DNA of 64,000 bases from an uncultured Ruminococcus sp. (GCA_902784805.1 CACZWD010000001.1:772-64771); one strand, 5' to 3'; shown: positions 29,132 to 39,521, counted from the stretch's first letter. Notes: a model not told the origin generated them from the sequence alone. Made by a program: numbers and translations.

Positions 29132-30994
29132 TCACTTTTGTAAAACAAAATCCGATTTTGGGTGTTTACAAAGAGGACAAACCCAGTCGTCCGGAAGCTT
29201 CTCAAAGGGTACGCTTTCGACTTCCTCGTCGTAAATATAGCCGCAGATTTTACATACCCATACCTTACCCGCAGATTCTTTTATCTGAGGTTTGGGCTTA
29301 ATATGCTCAAAGTAGTAAGAATATGTTACGGAAGGAGCGTTTGAAAGCATATCGCTTTCGGTAATTTCGGCAATAAACAGGGTATGAGTGCCAAGGTCCT
29401 CCGTTTTTACAACTTTTGCCGAAATAAACGCGTTTGTGTATTTTGGTATGTAATAGATACCGTTTTCGCTTCGCAAAAGCACGTCGTTTTTCTCAAACTT
29501 ATTGACATCTTTGCCGCTTTTAAAGCCGAAATGCTCAAACACACGGAACGGAACGTCTTCTGTCAGAACGGAAACGTTAAATAAGCCTGTGTTGATAATC
29601 ATATCGTGAGTATAATTTTTCTTGTTGACAGCAATGGAAATTCTTGTGGGATTTTCCGCAACCTGCATAACAGTGTTTATGATACAGCCGTTATCCTTGC
29701 TGCCGTCTTTTGCCGTAAGCACAAACAGCCCGTAGCTGAGCTTCTGAAAAGCAACTGTATTTATAACGCCCGGAGCGGTAGAAACAGTATCGTCATTTTT
29801 ATGAATGTCTTTGTAAACCGCGTCGGCAAGCGCTTCGATTTTTTGAAGTCCGTCGTTTTTAAGGCTTGATTTTATAGTAACCCCTTCTTCAAGGAAGGTC
29901 GTATTTTTAAGCCCCGACAACAGCTCTTTCATAAGCTTGCCGCTTGTGGGAGCCCATGAACCGTTTTCAATAAAAGATATTGTACGGTTTCCGAGATTAT
30001 GCGCCGCAAGGTCATGAAGCAAATCCTCCATTTTTACAAAAATACCGGCGTTATACGTGGTTGACGCAAAAATAAGATGACTGTATTTAAAGCAGGCGGC
30101 AATGATTTCGGAAGCGTGAGTTACCGAAACGTCGAACATAACGGTTTTTATTCCCTTTTCACGCAGTTTTGAAGAAACAATTTCCGCCGCGTTTTCGGTG
30201 TTTCCGTAAACGGAAGCATACGCAATTACAACGCCGGTTTCTTCGGGTGAATATGTGCTCCATTTCGTGTATTTTGCGATAAAGTCGCTGATGTGCTTTC
30301 TCCATACAAAGCCGTGAAGCGGACAAATCATCTCAATTTCAAGCGCAGCCGCTTTTTTCAGCACAGCCTGAACCTGAGCGCCGTATTTGCCGACAATGTT
30401 TGTGTAATAACGCCTTGCCTCAAGCATATAATCGGCAGAAAAGTCAACCTCATCGGCAAAAATGGCGCCGTTAAGCGCGCCGAAAGTGCCAAATGCGTCA
30501 GCCGAAAACAGAGTTTTTGAGGTTATATCATAGGTCATCATAACTTCAGGCCAATGAACCATGGGCGCCATAATAAAGGTAAGCTCATGCGTGCCTATTT
30601 TTAAGGTATCGCCTTCTTTAACAATATTAAAATCTGACTTAACATCAAAAAACTGAGCCATCATTTTGGCGGTTTTATCGTTACAAACAATTTTCGCGTC
30701 AGGATAAATTTTAAGGAGCTGTTCGAGCGTTGCCGAATGGTCGGGCTCCATATGCTGGACAACAATATAGTTAAGGCTTTCGCCGCAGAGAGCGTGGGAA
30801 ACGTTTTCAAAGAATACTTTTCCGACAGCTTTGTCAACCGTGTCAAAAAGGACGTTTTTACCATCGCTTTTTAAAAGGTAAGAATTATAAGAAACACCTT
30901 TATTAAGCGGATAAACGCCTTCAAATATGGATATGCGGCGGTCGTTTCCGCCAACCCAGATAAGGTCGTTGCTAATTTTTTTTGTACAATGCAT
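29132..30994 (-). CDS. fprA: Multi-domain flavodiiron protein (metallo-beta-lactamase + flavodoxin core, fused to a flavin-reductase-like domain and a C-terminal rubredoxin domain)
   Basis: HxExDH diiron motif ([10 protein letters not shown]) in the beta-lactamase domain, then a flavodoxin-like domain ([18 protein letters not shown]). A flavin reductase (NADH:FMN oxidoreductase-like) domain follows (FVLTAKDG…GLFNVSVL). The C-terminal [12 protein letters not shown]…[13 protein letters not shown] is a rubredoxin. Confidence 0.85.
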   Translation of the reverse strand: MHCTKKISNDLIWVGGNDRRISIFEGVYPLNKGVSYNSYLLKSDGKNVLFDTVDKAVGKVFFENVSHALCGESLNYIVVQHMEPDHSATLEQLLKIYPDAKIVCNDKTAKMMAQFFDVKSDFNIVKEGDTLKIGTHELTFIMAPMVHWPEVMMTYDITSKTLFSADAFGTFGALNGAIFADEVDFSADYMLEARRYYTNIVGKYGAQVQAVLKKAAALEIEMICPLHGFVWRKHISDFIAKYTKWSTYSPEETGVVIAYASVYGNTENAAEIVSSKLREKGIKTVMFDVSVTHASEIIAACFKYSHLIFASTTYNAGIFVKMEDLLHDLAAHNLGNRTISFIENGSWAPTSGKLMKELLSGLKNTTFLEEGVTIKSSLKNDGLQKIEALADAVYKDIHKNDDTVSTAPGVINTVAFQKLSYGLFVLTAKDGSKDNGCIINTVMQVAENPTRISIAVNKKNYTHDMIINTGLFNVSVLTEDVPFRVFEHFGFKSGKDVNKFEKNDVLLRSENGIYYIPKYTNAFISAKVVKTEDLGTHTLFIAEITESDMLSNAPSVTYSYYFEHIKPKPQIKESAGKVWVCKICGYIYDEEVESVPFEKLPDDWVCPLCKHPKSDFVLQK

Positions 30995-31042
30995 TTATTT
31001 ATTCAATCCTTTCAGTTAATATATGTTATCTCAATAAAAAGC

Positions 31043-32059
31043 TTAAAGCTTTTGCCCAAGTTTTACCGAAGGAAGAGCGTTAAGCGTAAGCTCAGCCTTT
31101 TTGCCGCTTAAAAATTCATAGTACCCGGCGCAGGCAATCATAGCGGCGTTGTCGGTGCAAAGCACAGGTTCGGGATAATAAAGTTTAAAGCCCTTTTTTT
31201 CGGCTTCTTTCGTCATTTTTTCGCGTAAACGCGTGTTTGAAGCAACACCTCCGGCAAGGCAAACGGTGTTTACGTTTTTTTGTTTGGCGGCGGCTATTGT
31301 ATTGCCTATAAGTATATCGATGACAGCCTCCTGAAATGAAGCTGCAATATCGGCGCGGCAAATTTTTTCGCCTTTTTGCTCCATATTATGCACATAATTC
31401 ATAACAGCAGTCTTTACGCCGCTGAAGCTGAAATCAAAACAATCGTCAAACCGTACTCTCGGAAACTTAACCGCTTTACCGTTACCTTCTTTTGAAAGCT
31501 TATCAATTTTTGGTCCTCCCGGATAGCCCAGACCAAGCACACGAGCAATTTTATCGTATGCTTCACCTGCGGCGTCGTCACGTGTCCTGCCAAGGATTTC
31601 AAAATTCAGATAGTCATCGGCGTAAACTATATGACTGTGACCGCCGGACGCGACAAGACAAATAAAGGGCGGTTTAAGCTCTTTATGAGCAAGGTAATTT
31701 GCCGCGATATGTCCTTCAATATGGTGTACGGGCACAAGTGGTAAACCTGCGGCGTACGCAAGCGATTTCGCAAAAGAAACACCGACCAGAAGGGCGCCGA
31801 CAAGTCCCGGACCTGCCGTAACCGCAATAGCCGAAAGCCCGGAAAGGCTGACGTTTGCTTCTTTAAGTGCCTTTTCGGTAACAGTATAAATAGCCTCAGT
31901 ATGTTTTCTGGAAGCAATTTCCGGCACTACGCCGCCATAATACGAGTGTATATCAATTTGCGATGCGATAATGTTTGAAAGTATGTCCTTGCCGTCCGCC
32001 ACGACAGCTGCTGCGGTTTCATCGCAGGAGCTTTCAATTCCGAGAATAAGTTTTTTCAT
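31043..32059 (-). CDS. tsaD: tRNA N6-adenosine threonylcarbamoyltransferase
   Basis: [15 protein letters not shown]…HHIEGH… Kae1/TsaD family. Confidence 0.9.
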   Translation of the reverse strand: MKKLILGIESSCDETAAAVVADGKDILSNIIASQIDIHSYYGGVVPEIASRKHTEAIYTVTEKALKEANVSLSGLSAIAVTAGPGLVGALLVGVSFAKSLAYAAGLPLVPVHHIEGHIAANYLAHKELKPPFICLVASGGHSHIVYADDYLNFEILGRTRDDAAGEAYDKIARVLGLGYPGGPKIDKLSKEGNGKAVKFPRVRFDDCFDFSFSGVKTAVMNYVHNMEQKGEKICRADIAASFQEAVIDILIGNTIAAAKQKNVNTVCLAGGVASNTRLREKMTKEAEKKGFKLYYPEPVLCTDNAAMIACAGYYEFLSGKKAELTLNALPSVKLGQKL

Positions 32060-32185
32060 ATTTATATTTATGCCTTTCTGTAAAAACCAAAAATAACCTT
32101 TAATTAATTATAGCATCTTTTTTATTTAAAGTCAATTGTTTGAAAACGTATTTTAAAACTTTTATTTAAAAAATATATTTTTCTC

Positions 32186-32214
32186 TTGATTTTAGAAGTA
32201 TAATATAGTATAAT
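32186..32214 (+). promoter_or_regulatory. Sigma-A-type promoter upstream of rodA
   Basis: TTGATT (32186-32191), a 17-nt spacer, then TATAAT (32209-32214). GGAGG RBS at 32246-32250 (AAGGAGG spans 32244-32250), 9 nt upstream of the ATG at 32260. Confidence 0.5.
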
Positions 32215-32259
32215 AAAAAGGGATTTTATGTAAAAATAAAAAAAGAAGGAGGCATCGCA

Positions 32260-33369
32260 ATGAACGAATTGAAACGTATTTTTAGCGGAACAGATAAACT
32301 CTTGCTTTTTGTGGTTATTTTATCCGCGCTTTTCGGGATTATGGCGATAATGTCGTCAACCAGAATATATGAAACAAATAAATACGTGATTGTGCAGTGC
32401 GGTGCTTTTATAGTGGGGCTTATCGCTCTTTTTGTGGTTATGATTCCGGATTATAATTCTTTTCCCGCTGTAGCGAAATATTTTTATGCTTTAAGTATAT
32501 TTTTGCTTTTGCTTGTCCTTTTTATAGGCACAGGCGAGGAGGAAGCGGGAGCAAAAAGCTGGATACGTTTCGGAGCGGTGGGCGTGCAGCCTTCCGAATT
32601 TGTCAAAATATTGTTCATCATAACCTTTTCAAGCCATCTCTCCGCCGTTGAAGAATATGTTAATTCGCCCATTCCGCTTATGGGGCTTTTCGCGCATGGC
32701 GGGCTTATTATATTGCTTATACTTTTTCAGCCGGATTATGGTACGGCAATGGTGTATATTTTTATGATGCTTTGCATGCTCTTTGCCGCGAAATTAAGCT
32801 ATAAATATATTATCGGAGCTTTCGGAGCGTTTTTGCCGGTAAGCGTTATTATGTGGTTTTTTGTTTTGAAACCGTATCAGAAAGATCGCTTTCTCGATTT
32901 TATTCATCCGGAGCGAGATATGGTCGGCTCGGGTTATCACGTTGTACAGTCAAAGGTCGCGATAGGCTCCGGCGGAATAATCGGTAAAGGTCTTTTTCGC
33001 GGCACGCTTATTCAGTCGGGAGCGCTTCCCGCAAGCCATACGGATTTTATTTTCTCATCCGTTGCCGAGGAGTTTGGTTTTGTCGGCTGTTCGATTGTAA
33101 TAGGGTTGCTTTTTATAATAATTTTTAAATGTATATATACCGCGTCCGCTTCAAGAACAAGCATTGGCTCATATATGTGTATAGGTGTCGCGGCAATGTT
33201 TGTTTTTCATGTATATGAAAATATTGCCATGTGTATGGGACTTATGCCGGTAACGGGCATACCGCTGCCGTTTTTCAGCTATGGCGGCTCGTCGCTTGTA
33301 ACAGCTTTTGTGGCGGTCGGTCTTGTTATGAATGTATCCTCAAGAACGGGTACAGCAACTATTCAGTAA
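32260..33369 (+). CDS. rodA: SEDS-family peptidoglycan glycosyltransferase (RodA/FtsW/SpoVE)
   Basis: 10-TM protein with the conserved GA…SEFVK and SxxxxEExG (FIFSSVAEEFGFVG) motifs. Confidence 0.8.
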   Translation: MNELKRIFSGTDKLLLFVVILSALFGIMAIMSSTRIYETNKYVIVQCGAFIVGLIALFVVMIPDYNSFPAVAKYFYALSIFLLLLVLFIGTGEEEAGAKSWIRFGAVGVQPSEFVKILFIITFSSHLSAVEEYVNSPIPLMGLFAHGGLIILLILFQPDYGTAMVYIFMMLCMLFAAKLSYKYIIGAFGAFLPVSVIMWFFVLKPYQKDRFLDFIHPERDMVGSGYHVVQSKVAIGSGGIIGKGLFRGTLIQSGALPASHTDFIFSSVAEEFGFVGCSIVIGLLFIIIFKCIYTASASRTSIGSYMCIGVAAMFVFHVYENIAMCMGLMPVTGIPLPFFSYGGSSLVTAFVAVGLVMNVSSRTGTATIQ

Positions 33370-33388
33370 AGAAAGGCTATGAGTTTTT

Positions 33389-34201
33389 ATGGATAACAGG
33401 TGTATCGGAGTGTTTGATTCGGGGCTGGGCGGTCTTACCTGCGTTAAAGAAATTATGAAGATACTTCCGAATGAAAATATAGTATATTTTGGCGATACGG
33501 GCAGAGTTCCTTACGGAACAAGAAGCGCCGAAACGCTTATAAAATATACTGTAAGCGATATACGTTTTTTAAAGCAGTTTAACCCGAAGCTTATTGTGAT
33601 TGCCTGCGGAACGGCAAGCGCAACGGCGCTTGATGTGGTTAAAAATAAATTTGACGTAAACATTATGGGAGTGGTTGTTCCTTCCGCGTCTGCCGCCGCA
33701 GCCGCTACCAAAAACGGCAGGATAGGCGTTATCGGCACAAGCAGAAGCATAAATTCGGGAAAATACGAACAGACGCTTAAATCAATAGACAAAGGTTTTA
33801 AAGTTTTTTCAAAAGCCTGTCCTATGTTTGTTCCTCTCGTCGAAAACGGGTATCTTGACGCGAAGGTTACATATATGATAGCCGAAGAATATCTTGCTCC
33901 GCTTATAAGCGCAAAGGTTGATACAATAATTCTCGGCTGCACGCATTATCCGCTTATAAAAAAAGTTATCGGGGATATTGTCGGAGAAAGCGTAACCCTT
34001 ATCGACTCCGGTAAAGAGGTTGCGAGGCAGATTCGCTTTGAAATAGAGTCGGGCAAGGTGGAGGCGGCAGGAGAGCATTCCGGTAACCGTTTTTATATAA
34101 GCGACAGAGTCGAAAGCTTTACCGATATGGCGGAAATGTTCCTTGAAACAAAAATTGAGGGTGAAGTTGAAAAAATAGATATTGAAAAATATATGGTCTG
34201 A
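33389..34201 (+). CDS. murI: Glutamate racemase
   Basis: GVFDSGLGGLT…VIACGTAS…LGCTHYP motifs. Confidence 0.9.
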   Translation: MDNRCIGVFDSGLGGLTCVKEIMKILPNENIVYFGDTGRVPYGTRSAETLIKYTVSDIRFLKQFNPKLIVIACGTASATALDVVKNKFDVNIMGVVVPSASAAAAATKNGRIGVIGTSRSINSGKYEQTLKSIDKGFKVFSKACPMFVPLVENGYLDAKVTYMIAEEYLAPLISAKVDTIILGCTHYPLIKKVIGDIVGESVTLIDSGKEVARQIRFEIESGKVEAAGEHSGNRFYISDRVESFTDMAEMFLETKIEGEVEKIDIEKYMV

Positions 34202-34219
34202 TATTTTGAGGAAGTACGA

Positions 34220-34651
34220 ATGAAAATAAATATAAAGGTTATGTATATTAATGCGCTGCAAGGTGAAGAAGGTGAATGTTGCCGGTTTTCGTGCGAGGGA
34301 GAGCTTTACGGAAGGGCAGATAAAACATTTTTAAAATATACCGAGCCGGAAGAAAACGGCGGCGGAAGGGTGGTTCTGAGAGCGGAAAAAAATGTTGTTA
34401 CAATGAACAGACAGGCAGACGCGGTTTCAAGCTTCAGGTTTGAAAAAGGCAAAACGCATTTAAGCCGTTATTTTACGCCTTACGGTACATTTTTAACAAG
34501 TGTGACAACAAACACTCTTACAGTGCGGCAAAGTGAAGCGGGTGGAAAAATTGAAATGGAATATTTGCTTACCGTTGCCGGTGACAGTCTTGACAGTCCT
34601 TCTGCTGAAAAAATGGAAAACAAATTAAGTATTTCATATTTTGTAATATAA
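34220..34651 (+). CDS. DUF1934 domain protein (YwiB-like), the usual upstream partner of argS in Firmicutes
   Basis: About 140-aa beta-rich protein immediately 5' of argS. Confidence 0.55.
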   Translation: MKINIKVMYINALQGEEGECCRFSCEGELYGRADKTFLKYTEPEENGGGRVVLRAEKNVVTMNRQADAVSSFRFEKGKTHLSRYFTPYGTFLTSVTTNTLTVRQSEAGGKIEMEYLLTVAGDSLDSPSAEKMENKLSISYFVI

Positions 34652-34674
34652 AAATAAAAAGGAAGAAAGAACGT

Positions 34675-36357
34675 ATGAAAAACATTGTTGAGGAAATTAA
34701 AAATCAGATTAACGTAATTATAACCGAAGCTTTTGAGAAAACCGGTGCTTCGTGTGATTTTCCCTGTGGATTTGTAATTGAAAAGCCCAGAGAAAAAGCT
34801 CACGGCGATTTTTCGGCAAACATCGCGATGCTGCTCGCCAAACCGCTCGGAAAGGCACCAAGAGTTATTGCGCAGGAGCTTCTGTCGGTTATGGATTTTT
34901 CGGATAGCTTTATTGAAAAAGCCGAAATTGCCGGTCCCGGCTTTATAAACTTTTTTTTAAACGGCAGACAAAGAGAAAAAGCGGTTAAAATAATTCTGGA
35001 GGAAGGTAAGGATTACGGAAAAAGTGACAACTTAAAGGGCAAAAAAATTATGGTTGAGTTTGTAAGCGCAAATCCGACGGGACCTATGCATATGGGCAAC
35101 GCCAGGGGAGGAGCGCTCGGAGACAGCCTTGCCGCCGTGCTTGAATACGCGGGCGCTGATGTTACGAGAGAGTTTTATTTAAACGATGCCGGCGCGCAGA
35201 TAGTTAAGCTCGCGAAATCGCTTGACGCAAGATTTATGCAGCATTTTCTGGGCGAGGACGCCGTGGAATTTCCGGAGGACGGTTATCACGGTAATGATAT
35301 AAAAGAGCATATGGAGCGTTTTATTGCAGAAACGGGAGATAAATACTTAAATGTTCCGGAGGAAGAACGAAAAAAAGTAATTACCGATTATGTTCTTGAA
35401 AAAAATATCGCGGCGCTTCATACCGACCTTGAGGCTTATAAAATACATTATGACGTATGGTTTCCCGAAAGCGACCTCTATAAAAGCGGCGAGGTTGATG
35501 AAACCATAGAACAGCTTAAAAAATCGGATTATACCTACGAAAAGGACGGAGCTTTATGGTTCAAATCAACCGAATTCGGGCTTGAAAAGGACGATGTGCT
35601 TGTAAGAAACACCGGCATACCGACATATTTTGCGGTTGATATTGCCTATCACAGAAACAAATTTCTTATAAGAGGCTTTGACAAGGTTATAAACGTATGG
35701 GGCGCGGACCATCACGGTCATGTGGCGAGAATGAAGGGCGCCATGCAGGCGCTCGGAATAAATCCCGACAGGCTTCATGTTGTGCTTATGCAGCTTGTAA
35801 GGCTTATGCAGGACGGTGAGGTTGTAAGAATTTCAAAGCGTACCGGAAATATGATAACCTTAAACGACCTTATTGATGAAATCGGGCTTGAACCCGCAAG
35901 GTTTTTCTTTAATCTTCGTCAGGCGGAAAGTCACCTTGAGTTTGACCTTGACCTTGCGAAAAGTAAGACAAGCGAAAACCCCGTTTTTTATGTTCAATAT
36001 GCTCACGCCAGAATATGCAGCGTTCTGAGGCTTCTTGAAAGTGAGGGCGTGAAGCTGAAAAATGCTGAAGATATTAATTTCTCGCTTCTTTCGGCGGAGG
36101 AGGAAAAAGAGCTTATTGATAAGCTTGCGGCATATCCCGAAGAGCTTGCGGCTGCCGCGGAGCATTACGACCCTTCAAGGCTTACAAGATACGCCGTTGA
36201 GCTTGCGTCAGCTTTTCACAGCTTTTATAACGCCTGCCACATAAATGGCGTGGAGAAAGAGCTTATGCAGGCGAGGCTTGCGCTTGCGGTATGCGTTAAG
36301 ACGGTGCTTTACTCCGACCTTTCATTGCTTGGCGTTGAAGCCCCCGAAAAGATGTAG
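34675..36357 (+). CDS. argS: Arginine--tRNA ligase
   Basis: HMGNARGG (HIGH-type) and class I ArgRS anticodon-binding domain. Ends in TAG. Confidence 0.95.
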   Translation: MKNIVEEIKNQINVIITEAFEKTGASCDFPCGFVIEKPREKAHGDFSANIAMLLAKPLGKAPRVIAQELLSVMDFSDSFIEKAEIAGPGFINFFLNGRQREKAVKIILEEGKDYGKSDNLKGKKIMVEFVSANPTGPMHMGNARGGALGDSLAAVLEYAGADVTREFYLNDAGAQIVKLAKSLDARFMQHFLGEDAVEFPEDGYHGNDIKEHMERFIAETGDKYLNVPEEERKKVITDYVLEKNIAALHTDLEAYKIHYDVWFPESDLYKSGEVDETIEQLKKSDYTYEKDGALWFKSTEFGLEKDDVLVRNTGIPTYFAVDIAYHRNKFLIRGFDKVINVWGADHHGHVARMKGAMQALGINPDRLHVVLMQLVRLMQDGEVVRISKRTGNMITLNDLIDEIGLEPARFFFNLRQAESHLEFDLDLAKSKTSENPVFYVQYAHARICSVLRLLESEGVKLKNAEDINFSLLSAEEEKELIDKLAAYPEELAAAAEHYDPSRLTRYAVELASAFHSFYNACHINGVEKELMQARLALAVCVKTVLYSDLSLLGVEAPEKM

Positions 36358-36373
36358 AAAAGGGAGAAAAGAT

Positions 36374-37150
36374 ATGTTACTTGCGATAGATATAGGTAAT
36401 ACACATATTGTAATAGGTGGTTTTGAAGACGAAAAACTACAGTTTGTTTCAAGAATATCTACAAACGTCCGCAAAACCACAGACGAATACGCTTCAAAGC
36501 TGCGCTCGGTGCTCACGCTTCACGGCGCGAGCGCCTACATTATAAACGGAGCGGTCATTTCATCGGTTGTGCCGCCGATAAGCAGTATAATGAAAGAGGC
36601 GATAAAGCTTGTTTATGGAGTGGAGCCTTTAATAGTCAGTCCCGGCATAAAAACAGGGCTTAATATGTATGTGGAAAATCCCGCTTCGGTCGGTGCGGAC
36701 CTTATATGCGCTTCCGTTGGAGCGAAAGCGCACTATAAAATGCCTGCCGTTATTATTGATATGGGTACTGCAACGAAAATGATAATTCTCGATAAGGACG
36801 GCGCTTTTTCAGGCGTTACAATAGCGCCCGGTGTTGAAATCGCGCTTAAAGCGCTTGCCGGCGGAACAGCGCAGCTTCCGCAGATTGATTTAAACGCCGA
36901 AGCGGTCTTAATAGGCAAAAACACAATAGAATGTATGCGTTCGGGAGTAATTTTCGGTAACGCCTCAATGATTGACGGTATGATAGACCGCTTTGAGGAC
37001 GAGCTTAAAGCCAGCCTTACAAAAATCGCGACAGGAGGGCTTTCGGGAGTTATAATTCCGCACTGCAAACACAAAATTACTTTAAACAGCAGCCTTGTGC
37101 TTGAAGGTCTGCGCATAATATACGAAAAAAACAAAAAAATAAAAAAATAA
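36374..37150 (+). CDS. coaX: Type III pantothenate kinase
   Basis: MLLAIDIGNTHIVIG… is the Bvg accessory factor/CoaX signature. Start at the ATG at 36374 with an AAAGGGAGAAAAG RBS. The longer ORF-track start lies inside argS. Confidence 0.85.
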   Translation: MLLAIDIGNTHIVIGGFEDEKLQFVSRISTNVRKTTDEYASKLRSVLTLHGASAYIINGAVISSVVPPISSIMKEAIKLVYGVEPLIVSPGIKTGLNMYVENPASVGADLICASVGAKAHYKMPAVIIDMGTATKMIILDKDGAFSGVTIAPGVEIALKALAGGTAQLPQIDLNAEAVLIGKNTIECMRSGVIFGNASMIDGMIDRFEDELKASLTKIATGGLSGVIIPHCKHKITLNSSLVLEGLRIIYEKNKKIKK

Positions 37151-37223
37151 AAACCATGTTAAACTTTGCGTTGTATTTCTTTAAACAGAAAACGACAGCA
37201 TTAAAAATAATGGAGGAATTATT

Positions 37224-37808
37224 ATGAACAAAGAAAACAACTTGAAACAAAACGCAACGTCAACCGAAAAATTGGTGATGTATGCAATCCTTACGGCAAT
37301 TGTAGTTGTACTGCAGTGGCTCGGCTCGTTTATACACTTTGGTGTATTTTCGATTAACCTCGCGCTTGCGCCCATAATTATCGGGGCCGCAATTGGAGGA
37401 CCGATAACCGGCGCATGGCTCGGTCTTGTGTGCGCAGCTGTCATTTTGTATAAAGACAGCGGTCCCTTTCTTGCTGTAAATGTCGCGGGTACTGTCATTA
37501 CAGTGCTTTTAAAGGGTGTTTTGTCAGGCCTTCTTGCGGGAGTGACGTATAAGCTTATTGAAAGTAAAAACCGCCTTGCGGCAGTAGTGGCGTCGGGCAT
37601 TGTTTGCCCCGTTGTAAATACAGGCATATTTTTATTGGGCTGCAAAGTATTTTTTATGGAACAGCTTAAAGGCTGGGGTTTTACATCAATATGGAAGTAT
37701 ATGGTACTCGGAATAGGTATGAATTTTGTTATTGAGCTTCTGATTAACCTTGTTTTAAGCTCGGTAATTGTAAGGCTTATTGAAATTAAAATAAACAAGA
37801 AATATTGA
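37224..37808 (+). CDS. ECF transporter S component (substrate-capture subunit, possibly pantothenate-specific)
   Basis: About 190-aa 6-TM protein with the G-rich helices typical of ECF S units. The pantothenate guess comes only from its position between coaX and an amidohydrolase. Confidence 0.5.
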   Translation: MNKENNLKQNATSTEKLVMYAILTAIVVVLQWLGSFIHFGVFSINLALAPIIIGAAIGGPITGAWLGLVCAAVILYKDSGPFLAVNVAGTVITVLLKGVLSGLLAGVTYKLIESKNRLAAVVASGIVCPVVNTGIFLLGCKVFFMEQLKGWGFTSIWKYMVLGIGMNFVIELLINLVLSSVIVRLIEIKINKKY

Positions 37809-38668
37809 AAAGAGGAAAAATATTGTTACCTGTAATTGACGCTCATTGTCACATATATCCTGACAAAATCGCCGCGAAAGCGACCGCCGCAACGGAGGTT
37901 TTTTACGGCATTAATCATACCGAGCTTGACGGTACGGTTTCTCTGCTTATTAAGGAGGGCACAAAAGCAGGCGTAAGTCATTTTGTGGTGCAGTCCGTCG
38001 CGACAACGCCTCAGCAGGTTTCGTCAATCAATCGCTTTATTGCGGAAACGGTCAAAAAAAGCGGCGGCAGATTTACGGGGCTCGGAACGCTTCACCCCGA
38101 CAGCGCCGATATTAAGGGCGATATTGAGGAGCTTATTTCCCTTGGACTTAAAGGAGTAAAGCTTCACCCTGATATTCAGCGTTTTAAGATTGACGATTAC
38201 CGTTGCCTTAAAATATATGAAAATTGTGAAGGAAAGCTGCCGATTCTTATACATACGGGGGATAGTCGATATGATTATTCCAACACAAACAGGCTTATGC
38301 CGATACTCGAAATATATAAAGAGCTTACGGTAATAGGCGCTCATTTCGGCGGCTGGTCTCTTTGGGAAAAGGCGACAAAAGAGCTTTCCGTGAAAAAATT
38401 TCCAAACTTTTATGTGGATTGCTCGTCCGCTTTTTACGCGCTTTCGGACGAAAAAATAAAAGAGCTTATTTTCGATTACGGAGATGACAGAGTGCTTTTC
38501 GGAACGGATTATCCTATGTGGAATCCGAGAGTTGAAGTTAAGCGTTTTTTGTCACTCGGTTTAAGCGAAAAGACACAGGAAAAAATTTTGTACAAAAATG
38601 CCTGCAAGCTGTTTGGAATCGAAATGCCCGAACCTGTTGCGGACGAAAAAATTGATTTGGAGCTTTAA
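37805..38668 (+). CDS. Amidohydrolase-family (TIM-barrel metal-dependent hydrolase, PF04909-like) protein
   Basis: N-terminal IDAHCHIYP metal-binding HxH motif; …KLHPD…IHTGD. Confidence 0.6.
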   Translation: MKRGKILLPVIDAHCHIYPDKIAAKATAATEVFYGINHTELDGTVSLLIKEGTKAGVSHFVVQSVATTPQQVSSINRFIAETVKKSGGRFTGLGTLHPDSADIKGDIEELISLGLKGVKLHPDIQRFKIDDYRCLKIYENCEGKLPILIHTGDSRYDYSNTNRLMPILEIYKELTVIGAHFGGWSLWEKATKELSVKKFPNFYVDCSSAFYALSDEKIKELIFDYGDDRVLFGTDYPMWNPRVEVKRFLSLGLSEKTQEKILYKNACKLFGIEMPEPVADEKIDLEL

Positions 38669-38669
38669 A

Positions 38670-39365
38670 ATGACAGATAAAGGGCTTATAAAAGAGCTTT
38701 TCAGCCGTACAGGGGTAAATTTCTTAATTAAACGGTCGTCAAGAAAAACATTAGCCGTTTATTTTACTATGGGGAAAGCCCCGGAAATACGTTGTAATTA
38801 CAACTTTCCGGACAAAATAATAATTGATTTTATATTAAAAAATAATAATAAAATTATGCGGAAATTGCATAAGACAGAAGTTACAGACGCAAAGTTTAAA
38901 CCGGAAATCGGCGGAAAAGTTATGTTTTTGGGCGAGGAATATGACATAATGTCAGGAAATGGTTGCAAATTTGACCGTGAGAAAAAAATTTTTTATGTAC
39001 CGAAGGACGGCAATGCGTCCAATATAAAAACTTTTTTTGAACAGAAATGCAGAGAAAAGCTTAAAGATATTGTTTTATCCGACAGGCTGCCATATTTTTC
39101 TGAGATTATGGGATTACGTCCTGTTAAAGCTTCAATAGGCAGAGCAAAAACCTCGTGGGGTGTTTGCGGCGGACAAAATGTGAGATTTTCGTTTTATCTT
39201 GCCATTGCGGATATGAAAACGATTGATTATGTTATTGTTCATGAGCTTGCTCATTTAAGACACAAAAATCACGGAAAAGGATTTTGGAATGAGGTTGAAA
39301 CATTTTTCCCCGATTATAAAGTGTCAAGAGCAAAACTGAAAACTTATTCAAAGGCAATATTTTAA
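38670..39365 (+). CDS. M48-family metallohydrolase, YgjP-like (DUF45)
   Basis: C-terminal VIVHELAHLRHKNHGKGFW is the HExxH…H zinc motif of YgjP/SprT-like proteins. Start set at the ATG at 38670. Confidence 0.7.
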   Translation: MTDKGLIKELFSRTGVNFLIKRSSRKTLAVYFTMGKAPEIRCNYNFPDKIIIDFILKNNNKIMRKLHKTEVTDAKFKPEIGGKVMFLGEEYDIMSGNGCKFDREKKIFYVPKDGNASNIKTFFEQKCREKLKDIVLSDRLPYFSEIMGLRPVKASIGRAKTSWGVCGGQNVRFSFYLAIADMKTIDYVIVHELAHLRHKNHGKGFWNEVETFFPDYKVSRAKLKTYSKAIF

Positions 39366-39376
39366 GTTTTTAAGAG

Positions 39377-39418
39377 GTTGTGGCATACCGATTTTAAAAA
39401 TCGGTATGCCACAACCCA
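39377..39418. terminator. Perfect ~20-bp inverted repeat hairpin between convergent genes (bidirectional terminator or a protein-binding palindrome)
   Basis: GGTTGTGGCATACCGATTTT·AA·AAAATCGGTATGCCACAACC. A second, weaker hairpin (AAACTGAGCCC…GGGCTGTCAGTTT) lies at 39449-39478. Confidence 0.5.
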
Positions 39419-39521
39419 TTTGTGTGTGAAGAAAAAATATTGCTTAAGCGGACAAACTGAGCCCTGGGCTGTCAGTTTATGGGGGAGGGAAATATACCAT
39501 TTCCGAGAACAAGTTCGAGCA

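Noticed and set aside
36245-36373. Longer CoaX ORF starting inside argS
   Set aside because: The N-terminal 43 residues (MAWRKSLCRRGLRLRY…) are an out-of-frame read-through of the argS 3' end. The conserved CoaX N-terminus MLLAIDIGNTH starts at the ATG at 36374, which has its own RBS.
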